Source: Chthoniobacterales bacterium (GTDB lineage: Bacteria; Verrucomicrobiota; Verrucomicrobiia; Chthoniobacterales; JACTMZ01). Taken from it: a stretch of 51,188 nucleotides of DNA. Location: assembly GCA_049315725.1 (NCBI GenBank), contig JBMOJP010000005.1, forward strand, positions 1-51,188, written 5' to 3'. The notes below the pieces were generated by a model. The model did not search any database. It was not told where the DNA came from and saw nothing but the letters and a program-made list of their open reading frames with translations. The position numbers were made by a program, and so were the translations under genes. This document shows positions 38,048-47,253 of the stretch, piece by piece (the first letter of the stretch is position 1; each line of letters opens with the position of its first letter).

Positions 38048-40201
38048 TTACTTGATGAAGAGCATCTCCTGGTAGGTCGGGAGCGGCCAGACTTCATCGG
38101 GCAGCAGGGTCTCCAGTTCGTCCACCGTGGTGCGCACTTTGAGCATGGCGGGCAGGACCTTGAAGGTCCAATCGCTGAGCTCATGGGCGGTGGAATGGAC
38201 GGCGTGGAGCATGGCGAGGTCGGTCTCGAGTTGCGCGACGAGCGCGGCCACCTTTTCCAGCGTGGCCGTGCTGGCGGTCACCTTGGCAGCCTTGAGCTTG
38301 GTCACGCCCTCGGCCAGGGCGGTGGCGTAGGCGGAGGCCACGGGGAAGATCTTGGTCTGCGCGACTTCGGCGACGAGCTTGGCCTCGACGTTGACGACTT
38401 TCTCGTATTGCTCGCAGAGGATGTGGTAGCGGCTCTTGAGCTCCGTCTCGGAGAGCACGCCATACTTCTCGAAAACCTCGATGATTTCCGGTCCCAGCAT
38501 GGCCGGAAGCGCATCGGCGGAGGTCTTGAGATTGGGCAGACCGCGCTCGGCCGCCTCGGCATGCCATTCTTCCGAATAGCCGTTGCCGTTGAAGATGACC
38601 TTGCCATGCTGGTCGATGATTTCCTTGAGGACCGACTGGATGGCCTTGTTCAGGTCGGGTGCGCCCTCGAGCTTGCCCGCCACGTAGTCAAGCGAGTCGG
38701 CCAGAATGGTGTTCATGGCGATGAGCGCGCCGGAGATGGACATGTTTGAACCGACGGCCCGGAACTCGAAGCGGTTGCCGGTGAAGGCAAAGGGCGAGGT
38801 GCGGTTGCGGTCGCCTGCATCCTTCGGCAGCTCGGGGAGAACATCCACGCCGATCTTGAGCGTGCCGCGCTGCTTCGACGTGGTGGCTCCGCCGGCCTTG
38901 ATCTGGTCGAAAACATCAGCGAGCTGGTCGCCGAGGTAGATCGAAATGATGGCCGGAGGCGCTTCGTTGGCGCCGAGGCGGTGGTCGTTTCCGGCTGAGG
39001 CGATGCTGGCGCGGAGGAGCGGGGCGAATTTGTCGACCGCGCGGATGACGGCGCCGGCGAAGACGAGGAACTGGGCGTTCTCGTGCGGCGTGTCGCCCGG
39101 ATCAAGGAGGTTGCCCTGCGTAGCATTGCCCAGCGACCAGTTGACGTGTTTGCCCGAGCCGTTGATGCCGGCGAAGGGCTTCTCGTGCAGCAGGCAGGCC
39201 AGGCCGTGACGGTCGGCCGTGCGCTTGAGGATCGTCATGACCAACTGCTGGTGGTCAGCGGCGAGGTTGGCCGACTCGAAGAGCGGGGCGATCTCGAACT
39301 GCCCCGGCGCGACCTCGTTGTGGCGGGTCTTGGACGGAATGCCGAGTTTGAAGAGTTCGCGATCCACCTCATACATGAAAGCCATGACCCGCTCGGGGAT
39401 GAGGCCGAAGTAATGGTCCTCGAACTCCTGGCCCTTGGGCGAAGATGCACCGAAAAGGGTGCGGCCGGCCGAGAGCAGGTCGGGGCGGGCGTAGAAGAAC
39501 ATCTTGTCGATGAGGAAGTATTCCTGCTCGGGACCGGCGGTCGCGCTGACGCGCGCAATATCCTTGTGGCCGAAAAGTTTCAGGATGCGGCGGGCCTGTT
39601 TGTCCAGGACCTGCATGGACTTGAGCAGCGGCGTCTTCGTGTCGAGCGCCTCGCCCGTCCAGGAAACAAACGAGGTCGGAATGCAAAGCGTGTTGCCGTT
39701 GGCGTTCTCTATGAGGTAGGCCGGGCTGGTCACGTCCCACGCGGTGTAACCGCGGGCGGAGTGGGTGGCGCGGATGCCGCCGGACGGGAATGAGGAGGCA
39801 TCAGGCTCGCCCTGAATGAGCGTCTTTCCCTTGAACTTGGAGATAGCCGAGCGACCACCGGCGGCGGGGTCGTAGAAGGAGTCGTGCTTCTCGGCGGTGA
39901 TGCCGGTGAGCGGGTAGAAAACGTGGGCAAAGTGGGTGGCACCGCGGCTGACCGCCCAATTCTTCATCGCTTCGGCCACCTCGTCGGCCACGCCCTCGGG
40001 CAATTTGCGACCTTCTTCGAGGGTCTCGATGATGGACTTGTAGGTGGCCGGCTTGAGCGTGTCCTTCATTGTGGCGAGGCTGAAGGTGTTCGCCCCGAAA
40101 ACTGTTTCTGGCGTTTCTTCGACAAAGTTGACCGAAGCATCCTGCGCTTTGCGGGTTGCGATGGCCACCACGGCGGCGGAGCGGGCTGACAGGTTACTCA
40201 T
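38048..40201 (-). CDS. glnA: Glutamine synthetase type III
   Basis: 717 aa; [92 protein letters not shown]. Confidence 0.96.
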   Translation of the reverse strand: MSNLSARSAAVVAIATRKAQDASVNFVEETPETVFGANTFSLATMKDTLKPATYKSIIETLEEGRKLPEGVADEVAEAMKNWAVSRGATHFAHVFYPLTGITAEKHDSFYDPAAGGRSAISKFKGKTLIQGEPDASSFPSGGIRATHSARGYTAWDVTSPAYLIENANGNTLCIPTSFVSWTGEALDTKTPLLKSMQVLDKQARRILKLFGHKDIARVSATAGPEQEYFLIDKMFFYARPDLLSAGRTLFGASSPKGQEFEDHYFGLIPERVMAFMYEVDRELFKLGIPSKTRHNEVAPGQFEIAPLFESANLAADHQQLVMTILKRTADRHGLACLLHEKPFAGINGSGKHVNWSLGNATQGNLLDPGDTPHENAQFLVFAGAVIRAVDKFAPLLRASIASAGNDHRLGANEAPPAIISIYLGDQLADVFDQIKAGGATTSKQRGTLKIGVDVLPELPKDAGDRNRTSPFAFTGNRFEFRAVGSNMSISGALIAMNTILADSLDYVAGKLEGAPDLNKAIQSVLKEIIDQHGKVIFNGNGYSEEWHAEAAERGLPNLKTSADALPAMLGPEIIEVFEKYGVLSETELKSRYHILCEQYEKVVNVEAKLVAEVAQTKIFPVASAYATALAEGVTKLKAAKVTASTATLEKVAALVAQLETDLAMLHAVHSTAHELSDWTFKVLPAMLKVRTTVDELETLLPDEVWPLPTYQEMLFIK

Positions 40202-40284
40202 TATGTGTGTGTGGGTTGGGTTGGTTGTTTTGCGAAGGCGCCATTGTGGGGATCGGGAACCGCCATCGCGAGAAAACAGTATAA

Positions 40285-40301
40285 AGCACAAATCATGCCA
40301 A
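40285..40301 (-). promoter_or_regulatory. Sigma-54 (-24/-12) promoter of glnA
   Basis: Minus strand TTGGCATGATTTGTGCT: GG-N10-GC, about 85 nt upstream of the GSIII ATG. Confidence 0.72.
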
Positions 40302-40414
40302 GGCTGGAGAAAGATGCGAGCTACCGCTTGGCCAGCCCGCGAAACGGAGAGCGGCCAACGGGGAGCTGGGCAAGAGGATAAACCACCCGGCCACGCTGTT
40401 GAATTTTAGCCATA

Positions 40415-41359
40415 TCAGGCTTTGGCCAGTGCCGGCGGATAGACTGGACGCCGCCGGGCTGCGGCCCAAAAGGCGAGGCCGATGAGAACCAGAAAAACGG
40501 AAAGAAACTGCCCACGGGTCAACCAGCCAACGTAGCCGGCATCCGGTTGCCGGAAAAATTCGCCGAAACTGCGGAGAAGGGCATAACCGACAAAGAAGGC
40601 CCCGGTGACGACCCCATTAGCCGTGCGCACGCGGGTGCGCAGAAGCCAGAGCAGAGCGAAGAGGACCAGGCCCTCGAGCGTGGCCTCGTAAAGCTGCGAG
40701 GGATGCCGCGGGACCAGGTAGGTGCCGAGAATTTCGCGCCAGGCCGGCGAGCTCTGGGCGGCCTCCACCACTTGATCCAATCCCCTCGGACCTCCGGAAA
40801 ATTGCTCGGCACTGGCCACAACCTCACGCTGGACCGCGAGCGGCAATTCGTGGACCTCGTGGGGGAACTTCACCGCCCACGGAACCGAGGCCGGGCGGCC
40901 GTAAAGCTCGCCGTTGATGAAGTTGGCCAGACGCCCAAAAAAAAGCCCAAGCGGGGCCCCGACCACGAGGTTGTCGCCCAGGCCCGGCCAGTTGACCCCA
41001 TGCCGCCAGGCATACCACAGGGTGTAAAGCACGACGCCGAGAATGCCGCCGTGCGCCGACATTCCTCCCTCCCACACGCGCAAAAGGGTGAGCGGATTCC
41101 TGATCAAGCCGTCGAAATCGTAGAACAGCATGTAGCCCAGCCTTCCACCCACGAGCACACCGAAGACAGCACAGCCGGTGATGAAGTCCGCCACCCGGTC
41201 GGCCGGAATGACCGAGAACCCGCGTTGCGCGAGATGCCGATAGATCAAGAAGGCCGCAGCAAAAGCTGCGAGATAAGCCAGCCCATACCAGCGGACCCCG
41301 AAGCCGCCGCCAAATTGCACCGCGAAGGGATCGAGACTGTGAACCCAGTAGGCGAACAT
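40415..41359 (-). CDS. lgt: Prolipoprotein diacylglyceryl transferase
   Basis: VRWYGLAY, GGRLGY, WEGGMSAHGG, GRLANFINGELYGR, HPSQLYE, EFFRQPD. Confidence 0.96.
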   Translation of the reverse strand: MFAYWVHSLDPFAVQFGGGFGVRWYGLAYLAAFAAAFLIYRHLAQRGFSVIPADRVADFITGCAVFGVLVGGRLGYMLFYDFDGLIRNPLTLLRVWEGGMSAHGGILGVVLYTLWYAWRHGVNWPGLGDNLVVGAPLGLFFGRLANFINGELYGRPASVPWAVKFPHEVHELPLAVQREVVASAEQFSGGPRGLDQVVEAAQSSPAWREILGTYLVPRHPSQLYEATLEGLVLFALLWLLRTRVRTANGVVTGAFFVGYALLRSFGEFFRQPDAGYVGWLTRGQFLSVFLVLIGLAFWAAARRRPVYPPALAKA

Positions 41360-41433
41360 CAGGAGAGTTGAGGTAGGCGCCTTTTCACGGCGACGCGGCC
41401 CGGTCTTTCAACTTTCATCGCTCAGCCCTTAAA

Positions 41434-41976
41434 CTACTTCGCCGATTGCGGGACCTTGCGGAACATGGCCTTGTCATACCCCTGAGCCGCCATGCTCTCG
41501 AGCACGGCAGCGTAGTCGGTGGCGCTCATCTGCTTGTCCCGCGCCATGATCCATCCATAGCCGCGTGACGGATGCCCCACGGCCATGAAGCGGTAGGCTG
41601 GATCGAGATAGATCACGTAGTAGGGCAGCGAGATCGGCCAAAGGAACTGCACCCGCCACTCGGCGTTGGATTTTTTATCCACGACCCAGGCGAGACCATT
41701 CATCACTTTTTCGGGACCATCAAACCCGCCTTGGCGGTAGCTGAAGATGTTGTCCATCCGGCCATCGGCGCGCGCACGGTAAGTGTCCTTGGAGTCATAG
41801 GTGTCGCGTTCGAGAAAATAGGGGATGTGGCCGATGACCCACCAGTCGCCCATGAAGCGGGGAAGATCGACGTAGTCCACCGTCTTGAGCGGCGGCAATT
41901 TTGGACCGCCCGAGACGCACCCCGCGAGCAGGGCCAGACCAAGGAGGGACAGGAGGAGCAAAGCGATTCGTGCCAT
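41434..41976 (-). CDS. blc: Bacterial lipocalin lipoprotein (Blc)
   Basis: Lipobox LAGC; VDLPRFMGDWWVI; VQFLWP...YYVIYLD..Y; WIMAR. Confidence 0.88.
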   Translation of the reverse strand: MARIALLLLSLLGLALLAGCVSGGPKLPPLKTVDYVDLPRFMGDWWVIGHIPYFLERDTYDSKDTYRARADGRMDNIFSYRQGGFDGPEKVMNGLAWVVDKKSNAEWRVQFLWPISLPYYVIYLDPAYRFMAVGHPSRGYGWIMARDKQMSATDYAAVLESMAAQGYDKAMFRKVPQSAK

Positions 41977-42088
41977 GGGAGCGCAGCAGAACACCCCGCC
42001 CACCCCAAGTCAAATCCCCGGGCAGGCCGGCGAGGCTTGGGCGGCCGCCGGGGAAACCCCGCTTGGAATCCAAGGCGACGATTGCCCC

Positions 42089-42859
42089 TCAATGGCTCTT
42101 CCCGGCCGGCCTTTGCGGAATGAGGAGCACGCCAAGCACAATGAAAGCGCCCAGGACGGCCGAGGCGGAATAGCGGCTCAAGGCCAGGCCACCATGGTCC
42201 CAGGGCTTGTCGAGGAAGTCGCCGATGACCGCGCCCAGAGGCCGCGTGAGGATAAAAGCCGCCCAGAAAAGCAACGGACGGGAGAGGTGCGTCCAAAAAT
42301 AGGCTGCGGCCACCAGCGCCAGCATGACGGCAAAAATCAAGCCAGCCCCGAGATAGCCCAGCCCGGCGGTATCCGCCGTCCAATCGCCGAGAGCCGTTCC
42401 CAGAGTCTGCGAAAACATGATGGTCAGCCAATAAAACATCTCGGCTTTCGGCGTGCTCACGGTTTCCACCGCGATGGAACCGAGAGTTCGATGCCAGAGG
42501 AACAAGGAGGCCAGCAGCAGGCCGAGAAGGAGAGCGCTTCCACCCGCGTAGCCGAGGCCCAGTGAACGGTCGGCGAAGTCGGCCAGCGTGGTGCCCACCG
42601 TGGTCGTGGCCACGATGGCCGCCCAATACAACATGGCGTGGAACCGCGTCGCCTTGATTTGCGCGACGACCGCGACGGCAAACATCGCGGCAAAAATCGC
42701 CGTGCCCGCCAGGTAGCCAAGGTCCATGGACATCGTAACCGCATCCCCCGCCGTTTCGCCGAGCGTAGTCGCCGCGATCTTGATGATCCAAAAGGCCAGC
42801 GTGACCTCGGGCACCTTGCTTAGAGCGGTTTCCTGATGGTTTTTCAATGGAGAGACCAT
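42089..42859 (-). CDS. COG4705/DUF347 repeat membrane protein
   Basis: SKVPEVTLAFWIIKIAATTLGETAGD, EMFYWLTIMFSQTLGTALGD, FWAAFILTRPLGA; TGATG overlap with the upstream pseudogene stop. Confidence 0.88.
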   Translation of the reverse strand: MVSPLKNHQETALSKVPEVTLAFWIIKIAATTLGETAGDAVTMSMDLGYLAGTAIFAAMFAVAVVAQIKATRFHAMLYWAAIVATTTVGTTLADFADRSLGLGYAGGSALLLGLLLASLFLWHRTLGSIAVETVSTPKAEMFYWLTIMFSQTLGTALGDWTADTAGLGYLGAGLIFAVMLALVAAAYFWTHLSRPLLFWAAFILTRPLGAVIGDFLDKPWDHGGLALSRYSASAVLGAFIVLGVLLIPQRPAGKSH

Positions 42860-43229
42860 CAAGGGCCTCCAGCAGGAAGCAAAGCAAGCGCATACACGTG
42901 GAATTCGTTGACCCGCGGCCAGCCCTCACGCTCGTAAAAAGCCTGGGGCGCCTCGTTATTCGAGCTTCGGGGCTGATGAAAAGATCGTAGAGGATGAAGA
43001 TGCGGGCCGCCGCGACGGAGCAAAAGGTCGGATACAGCTGGGTGAAGCCAACGGCCCGCCCGTCGGGGTCAAAAGCCAGAAAGACGACGGACTTCTCCCG
43101 CTCCAAACGGAGGGAGAGAAAGTGGCGAGCCCACGCCGGGTCGGATGGCTGCGCGTAGAACTGCCGGTAGCCATCGAAAAGCGGCGCCAGCACATCAAGG
43201 TCGTCGATCGTGGCCCGACGAATTTTCAT
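42859..43229 (-). pseudogene. GNAT N-acetyltransferase, internally deleted and frameshifted
   Basis: MKIRRAT...GFTQLYP...LYDLFISPEAR ends before the acetyl-CoA-binding RxxGxG loop; the C-terminus NNEAPQAFYEREGWPRVNEFHVYAL continues in another frame from about 42960. Confidence 0.8.
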
Positions 43230-43483
43230 GTCTGCAGAGTGCAGGAGATCACGGCCAGCGGGACCATCGCGGGCAGCGGGGAGAGCAAAGCCAGAGCCGA
43301 AGCGCACGCAGCTTTTTCATGGGTTGGGTCGGCCTCTCCATCTCAGCGACGAGGACCGGGGTCGAGCGGCCAATCGAGCCCGTCCACCCAGCCGCAAGCA
43401 AAAGCCGCCATCTCTTTCGCCTTTTCCCCTGCGTCCGGCCAAGGCATGCTGCCCGAACTTATGCGGAGGCAATTCTTGGATTC

Positions 43484-45130
43484 ATGAGCGCGTCAGCCAC
43501 AGTCAATGGGATGATCAACGTCCAAGTGGATGGCGAATGGCGCCAGTTTCCCAAGGGCACCAAGCTGATCGAGGCCTGCATGCAGAGCGGGAGTTTCATC
43601 CCGCATTATTGCTACCATCCGGCCCTGACTTCGCCGGGCAATTGCCGGATGTGTCTGATCGAGCTGGGCGGGCCGAAGATGGACGCGAACCGTCAGCCCG
43701 TGCTGGGAGCGGACGGACGTCCGGAAATCGCGTGGTCGCCGCGTCCGCAGATTTCCTGCGCGCTGGAAATTTCCGAGGGCATGGCGGTGCGGACCAACTC
43801 GCCGCTGGTCGAGGATTGCCGCCAGGGCGTGATGGAGTTTCTGCTCATCAACCACCCACTCGACTGCCCGATCTGCGACAAGGCCGGGGAGTGCCGCCTG
43901 CAGGAATTTGCCGTCGAGTTCGGCCATGGCGGATCCAATTTCCTCGAGGAAAAAGTCAAGAAGCCCAAACGGCAGGATATCGGCGAGCGCATCGTCCTGG
44001 ATGACGAGCGTTGCATCCTGTGCTCGCGCTGCGTGCGCTTCATGCAGGAAGTCGCGCACGATGATGTCCTTGGGTTTGTCGACCGCGGCAGCCACACCAC
44101 CCTCACCGTTCACCCGGGACAACGCCTCGACAGCAACTACTCGCTCAACACGGTGGACATCTGCCCGGTCGGCGCGCTGACGAGCAAAGACTTTCGCTTC
44201 AAAATGCGCGTGTGGTTTCTCCGCGAGACCAAGAGCATCTGCACCTCCTGCGGCACCGGCTGCAACTCGATCATCGGCGCGCGGGAGAATGAAATCATCC
44301 GCCAGACCCCGCGGCAGAACGACGAGGTCAATTCCTACTGGATGTGCGACCACGGACGCCTTAACTACGCCTACCTTGACCGCGAAGACCGGCTGACCGC
44401 GCCGGCCCTGCGCGAGAACGGGCGGCGGCAAAATTCCACCTGGCCGCACGCCATCCGTCAGATCGCCGACAAACTTTCGGCCGTCCCGCACGGACAGACT
44501 GCACTGTTGGCCTCGGCCCGCATGACCAATGAGGAGCTCTGGCTGGCCAGCCGCCTCGCACGACAACTCAAGATCAGCCAGCATGAGGTGGTGGCGCGTC
44601 CGCAGGAGGCCGACGGCATCCTCGTGAGCAACGATGGCAACCCGAACACGGCCGGGGCTCGGATGTTCGGCCTCACCAAGGAGCCGGGGGCCACGCTGAC
44701 TACGATGGGCCGCGCCGTGCAGAGCGGCGAAATCAAGGCCCTGATTTGTCTCGGCGAGGACCCTCGTCATCTCGGGCTGAGTTCCGACGACCTGGCCAAG
44801 CTCGACCTGTTGGTCTGCCTCGACCTTCTCCCGAACACCGGAACGGCCGCGGCCACAGCTGTGCTGCCCGGGGCGGGCTTCGCGGAAAAACGGGGTTCCA
44901 TGATCAACGTGAAAGGCCGCCTGCAACGACTGAACCGCGCGACCCAGCCACCGGGGCAGGCCCGCGACGATTTCGAGGTTTTGTCCGACCTCCTCCGCGC
45001 TCTCGGAGCCGAGGTGCCGCAGACCCTTGACGGTGTCTTCAAGGAAATGGCCGAGGCCACCCCGGCTCTGCACGGCCTCAGCCTCGCCAAATTGGGCGAC
45101 GGCGGGATCCCCCTCGCTATCTCGATTTGA
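43484..45130 (+). CDS. nuoG: NADH-quinone oxidoreductase subunit G-like protein (stand-alone)
   Basis: IPHYCYH..GNCRMC, NHPLDCPICDKAGEC, RCILCSRCVR, ICPVGAL, CTSCGTGC...CDHG Fe-S motifs; molybdopterin-oxidoreductase-fold C-terminus. Confidence 0.85.
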   Translation: MSASATVNGMINVQVDGEWRQFPKGTKLIEACMQSGSFIPHYCYHPALTSPGNCRMCLIELGGPKMDANRQPVLGADGRPEIAWSPRPQISCALEISEGMAVRTNSPLVEDCRQGVMEFLLINHPLDCPICDKAGECRLQEFAVEFGHGGSNFLEEKVKKPKRQDIGERIVLDDERCILCSRCVRFMQEVAHDDVLGFVDRGSHTTLTVHPGQRLDSNYSLNTVDICPVGALTSKDFRFKMRVWFLRETKSICTSCGTGCNSIIGARENEIIRQTPRQNDEVNSYWMCDHGRLNYAYLDREDRLTAPALRENGRRQNSTWPHAIRQIADKLSAVPHGQTALLASARMTNEELWLASRLARQLKISQHEVVARPQEADGILVSNDGNPNTAGARMFGLTKEPGATLTTMGRAVQSGEIKALICLGEDPRHLGLSSDDLAKLDLLVCLDLLPNTGTAAATAVLPGAGFAEKRGSMINVKGRLQRLNRATQPPGQARDDFEVLSDLLRALGAEVPQTLDGVFKEMAEATPALHGLSLAKLGDGGIPLAISI

Positions 45131-45165
45131 GTTTCCCCCGTTTCGGGGTTCCATTTGCGGTTCGG

Positions 45166-46953
45166 ATGCGCCCCCCCGTTTCCAGCTTCCTTGCCCTCCT
45201 CTGCCTCGGCGTCGCGCTGCAGGCCAGCCCGGTGTTGCGAGATGTGGAGGACAGCCTGACCAACGATGTCGGCTTCGGCAACGAGGTCTGCGTGATGGGG
45301 GCTCATCCGCTGCTCGGCGCGAACGACCCGCTCAAGGCGGTCAAGCTTAGCTGGAACACGGGTAACGTCTGGCGCGGCACCATCGCGCTCCCCGCCGGGG
45401 CCAACCTCGGGTTCAAAATTGTCCGTCGCTCCTACGCTACGACCAATTGGTCCAGCGGACCCACGACCGACCTTCTGACCAACCAGACCGCGCTGGTGCC
45501 TGCTCATATCCCGGCGCCGTGGAAGGGAAAAACCATCTTGCTTCACAGCACGTGGAATCAGGCGAACGTTTATTTCCGCGACCTGACCGCAGGACAGACC
45601 AGCTGGACGACGGTGCCGATGCGAAATGTCGGGCCCGGCCGGAATGGCGCGGAGAAACTTTTTCGCGCGGACGGCGTGGCTGCGGTGGGCGGAGAGTTGG
45701 AGCTTGTTTTCAATGACGGGGCGGGTTCATGGCTCAACGCCCCGGCGCCACCGTCCGGCACGGCCAACGGTGCGGCTCCGGCCGTGCCCGTGCCCTACCA
45801 AGGCTTGGCCGCGCCCTACAATTTCCGGACGCGGCAGGACGTCTTCTTCGTGCAGGACCAGCAGATCTTCAACTACCGCCCCCCGGTCAGCATCAGCGCG
45901 CCGCGATTCGAGACCCGGCAGGTCGGCTCGACGGTCAATCTCATCCCCGGACGTCCGGTAACGATTTACCTGCCGCGCGGTTATGACCAAAACACGTGGA
46001 AGCGATATCCGGTCGTTTACTTCCATGACGGGCAGAATGTGTTTTTTCCCGGCGGCGGCTTTGGCACGTGGGACGCCGACCGCATCGCCAATTACGAGAT
46101 CAGCCAGGGCCGCATGCGCGAGGCCATCCTTGTCGCCATCCCCAACGGCAACGCCTACGGGTCCGACCGGCTCTACGAATACCTGCCCAACGGCGACACC
46201 ATCACCAACTACGCTGGCACCGGACTCAATTTTTCCGGCCGAGCCTCGCTCTACCTCCAGTGGATGCTCGACAACCTCGCACCCACGCTGGACATCAATT
46301 ACCGCACGCTGGGCGACGCGGACAACACGCTCACTGCCGGATCATCCATGGGCGGGCTGGCTTCGGATTACCTCGGATTCACCCGCAGCGACCGCTTCGG
46401 CACCGTGGGAATTTTTTCACCGGCCTACTGGGCGGCGCCGAACTATCTGACCAACCGCACGCTCACGCTGCAGCCGTTGCGGCGATACATCTACATGGGC
46501 ACGGCGGAGTCGAGCGGCGGCGAGTCGAGTTCGAAGGTCTACTGGCAGGGCGCGCTCAACGCCTACAACAGCTACCTGCACGTCGGCCAGGCGGTGAACC
46601 GGACCTTGTTTTTCGAAGGCGGGGCCGGCGGACAGCACAACGAACAAAACTGGTCGCGTCGTCTCCCCTCGTTTTTCGCCTGGGCCCTCGACCCGTGGCG
46701 CGAAGCCAATCCGCTGGCCTTGGAAAATTTTCCGCCGACCCTGCGGATCGAACCCGGTGCGTCCGCCGCCGCGGCCACCCTCCGCCGCACCGGACTCCTC
46801 GGCTGCCGTCAGGAACTCCCCAGCACGACCAATTTCGCCTCGTGGCAGACCAACAATCTCACGCCCGCGACGGACGCATGGGATGAGACGACCAATGCGG
46901 TGAATCCTGGTCTAGGCCCCGCCGCTTTCTGGCGCCTGCGCACCACGCCGTAG
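45166..46953 (+). CDS. Secreted alpha/beta-hydrolase (putative esterase) with N-terminal CBM20-like module
   Basis: Signal peptide; VGFGNEVCVMGAHPLLG...W.GTIALP; YPVVYFHDGQN; GSSMGG nucleophile elbow; HNEQNW. Confidence 0.8.
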   Translation: MRPPVSSFLALLCLGVALQASPVLRDVEDSLTNDVGFGNEVCVMGAHPLLGANDPLKAVKLSWNTGNVWRGTIALPAGANLGFKIVRRSYATTNWSSGPTTDLLTNQTALVPAHIPAPWKGKTILLHSTWNQANVYFRDLTAGQTSWTTVPMRNVGPGRNGAEKLFRADGVAAVGGELELVFNDGAGSWLNAPAPPSGTANGAAPAVPVPYQGLAAPYNFRTRQDVFFVQDQQIFNYRPPVSISAPRFETRQVGSTVNLIPGRPVTIYLPRGYDQNTWKRYPVVYFHDGQNVFFPGGGFGTWDADRIANYEISQGRMREAILVAIPNGNAYGSDRLYEYLPNGDTITNYAGTGLNFSGRASLYLQWMLDNLAPTLDINYRTLGDADNTLTAGSSMGGLASDYLGFTRSDRFGTVGIFSPAYWAAPNYLTNRTLTLQPLRRYIYMGTAESSGGESSSKVYWQGALNAYNSYLHVGQAVNRTLFFEGGAGGQHNEQNWSRRLPSFFAWALDPWREANPLALENFPPTLRIEPGASAAAATLRRTGLLGCRQELPSTTNFASWQTNNLTPATDAWDETTNAVNPGLGPAAFWRLRTTP

Positions 46954-47253
46954 CGGGTCGACCTAGTGGGCATCGGCGGCATCGGCCGGGTGCAGACGAA
47001 TCAGCCAGCCCAGAAGGCTATGGAGAGCTCTCCGGGGGGAAATTTTTAGCGCCTTCCTCAGCATGTCCCCCTCTTGGCGCTCTCTTGCGCAGCGCGGCAA
47101 GACAGTATGCAGCGAACTCCGCCGGGGCGAAATCCCACAACGCGGAATGCGGCCGTTGATGGTTGTATTTCCCGCGGGGTTCGCCGCCCAGAAACTTCCA
47201 CCGGCTCTTTCCCGGTTTGCCAAAAGGAGCAGGCTCGGTAACCTTGCGCCTTC

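Noticed and set aside
40202-40284. Glutamine riboswitch in the glnA leader
   Set aside because: No recognisable glnA-motif consensus; the leader is short and mostly AC-rich.
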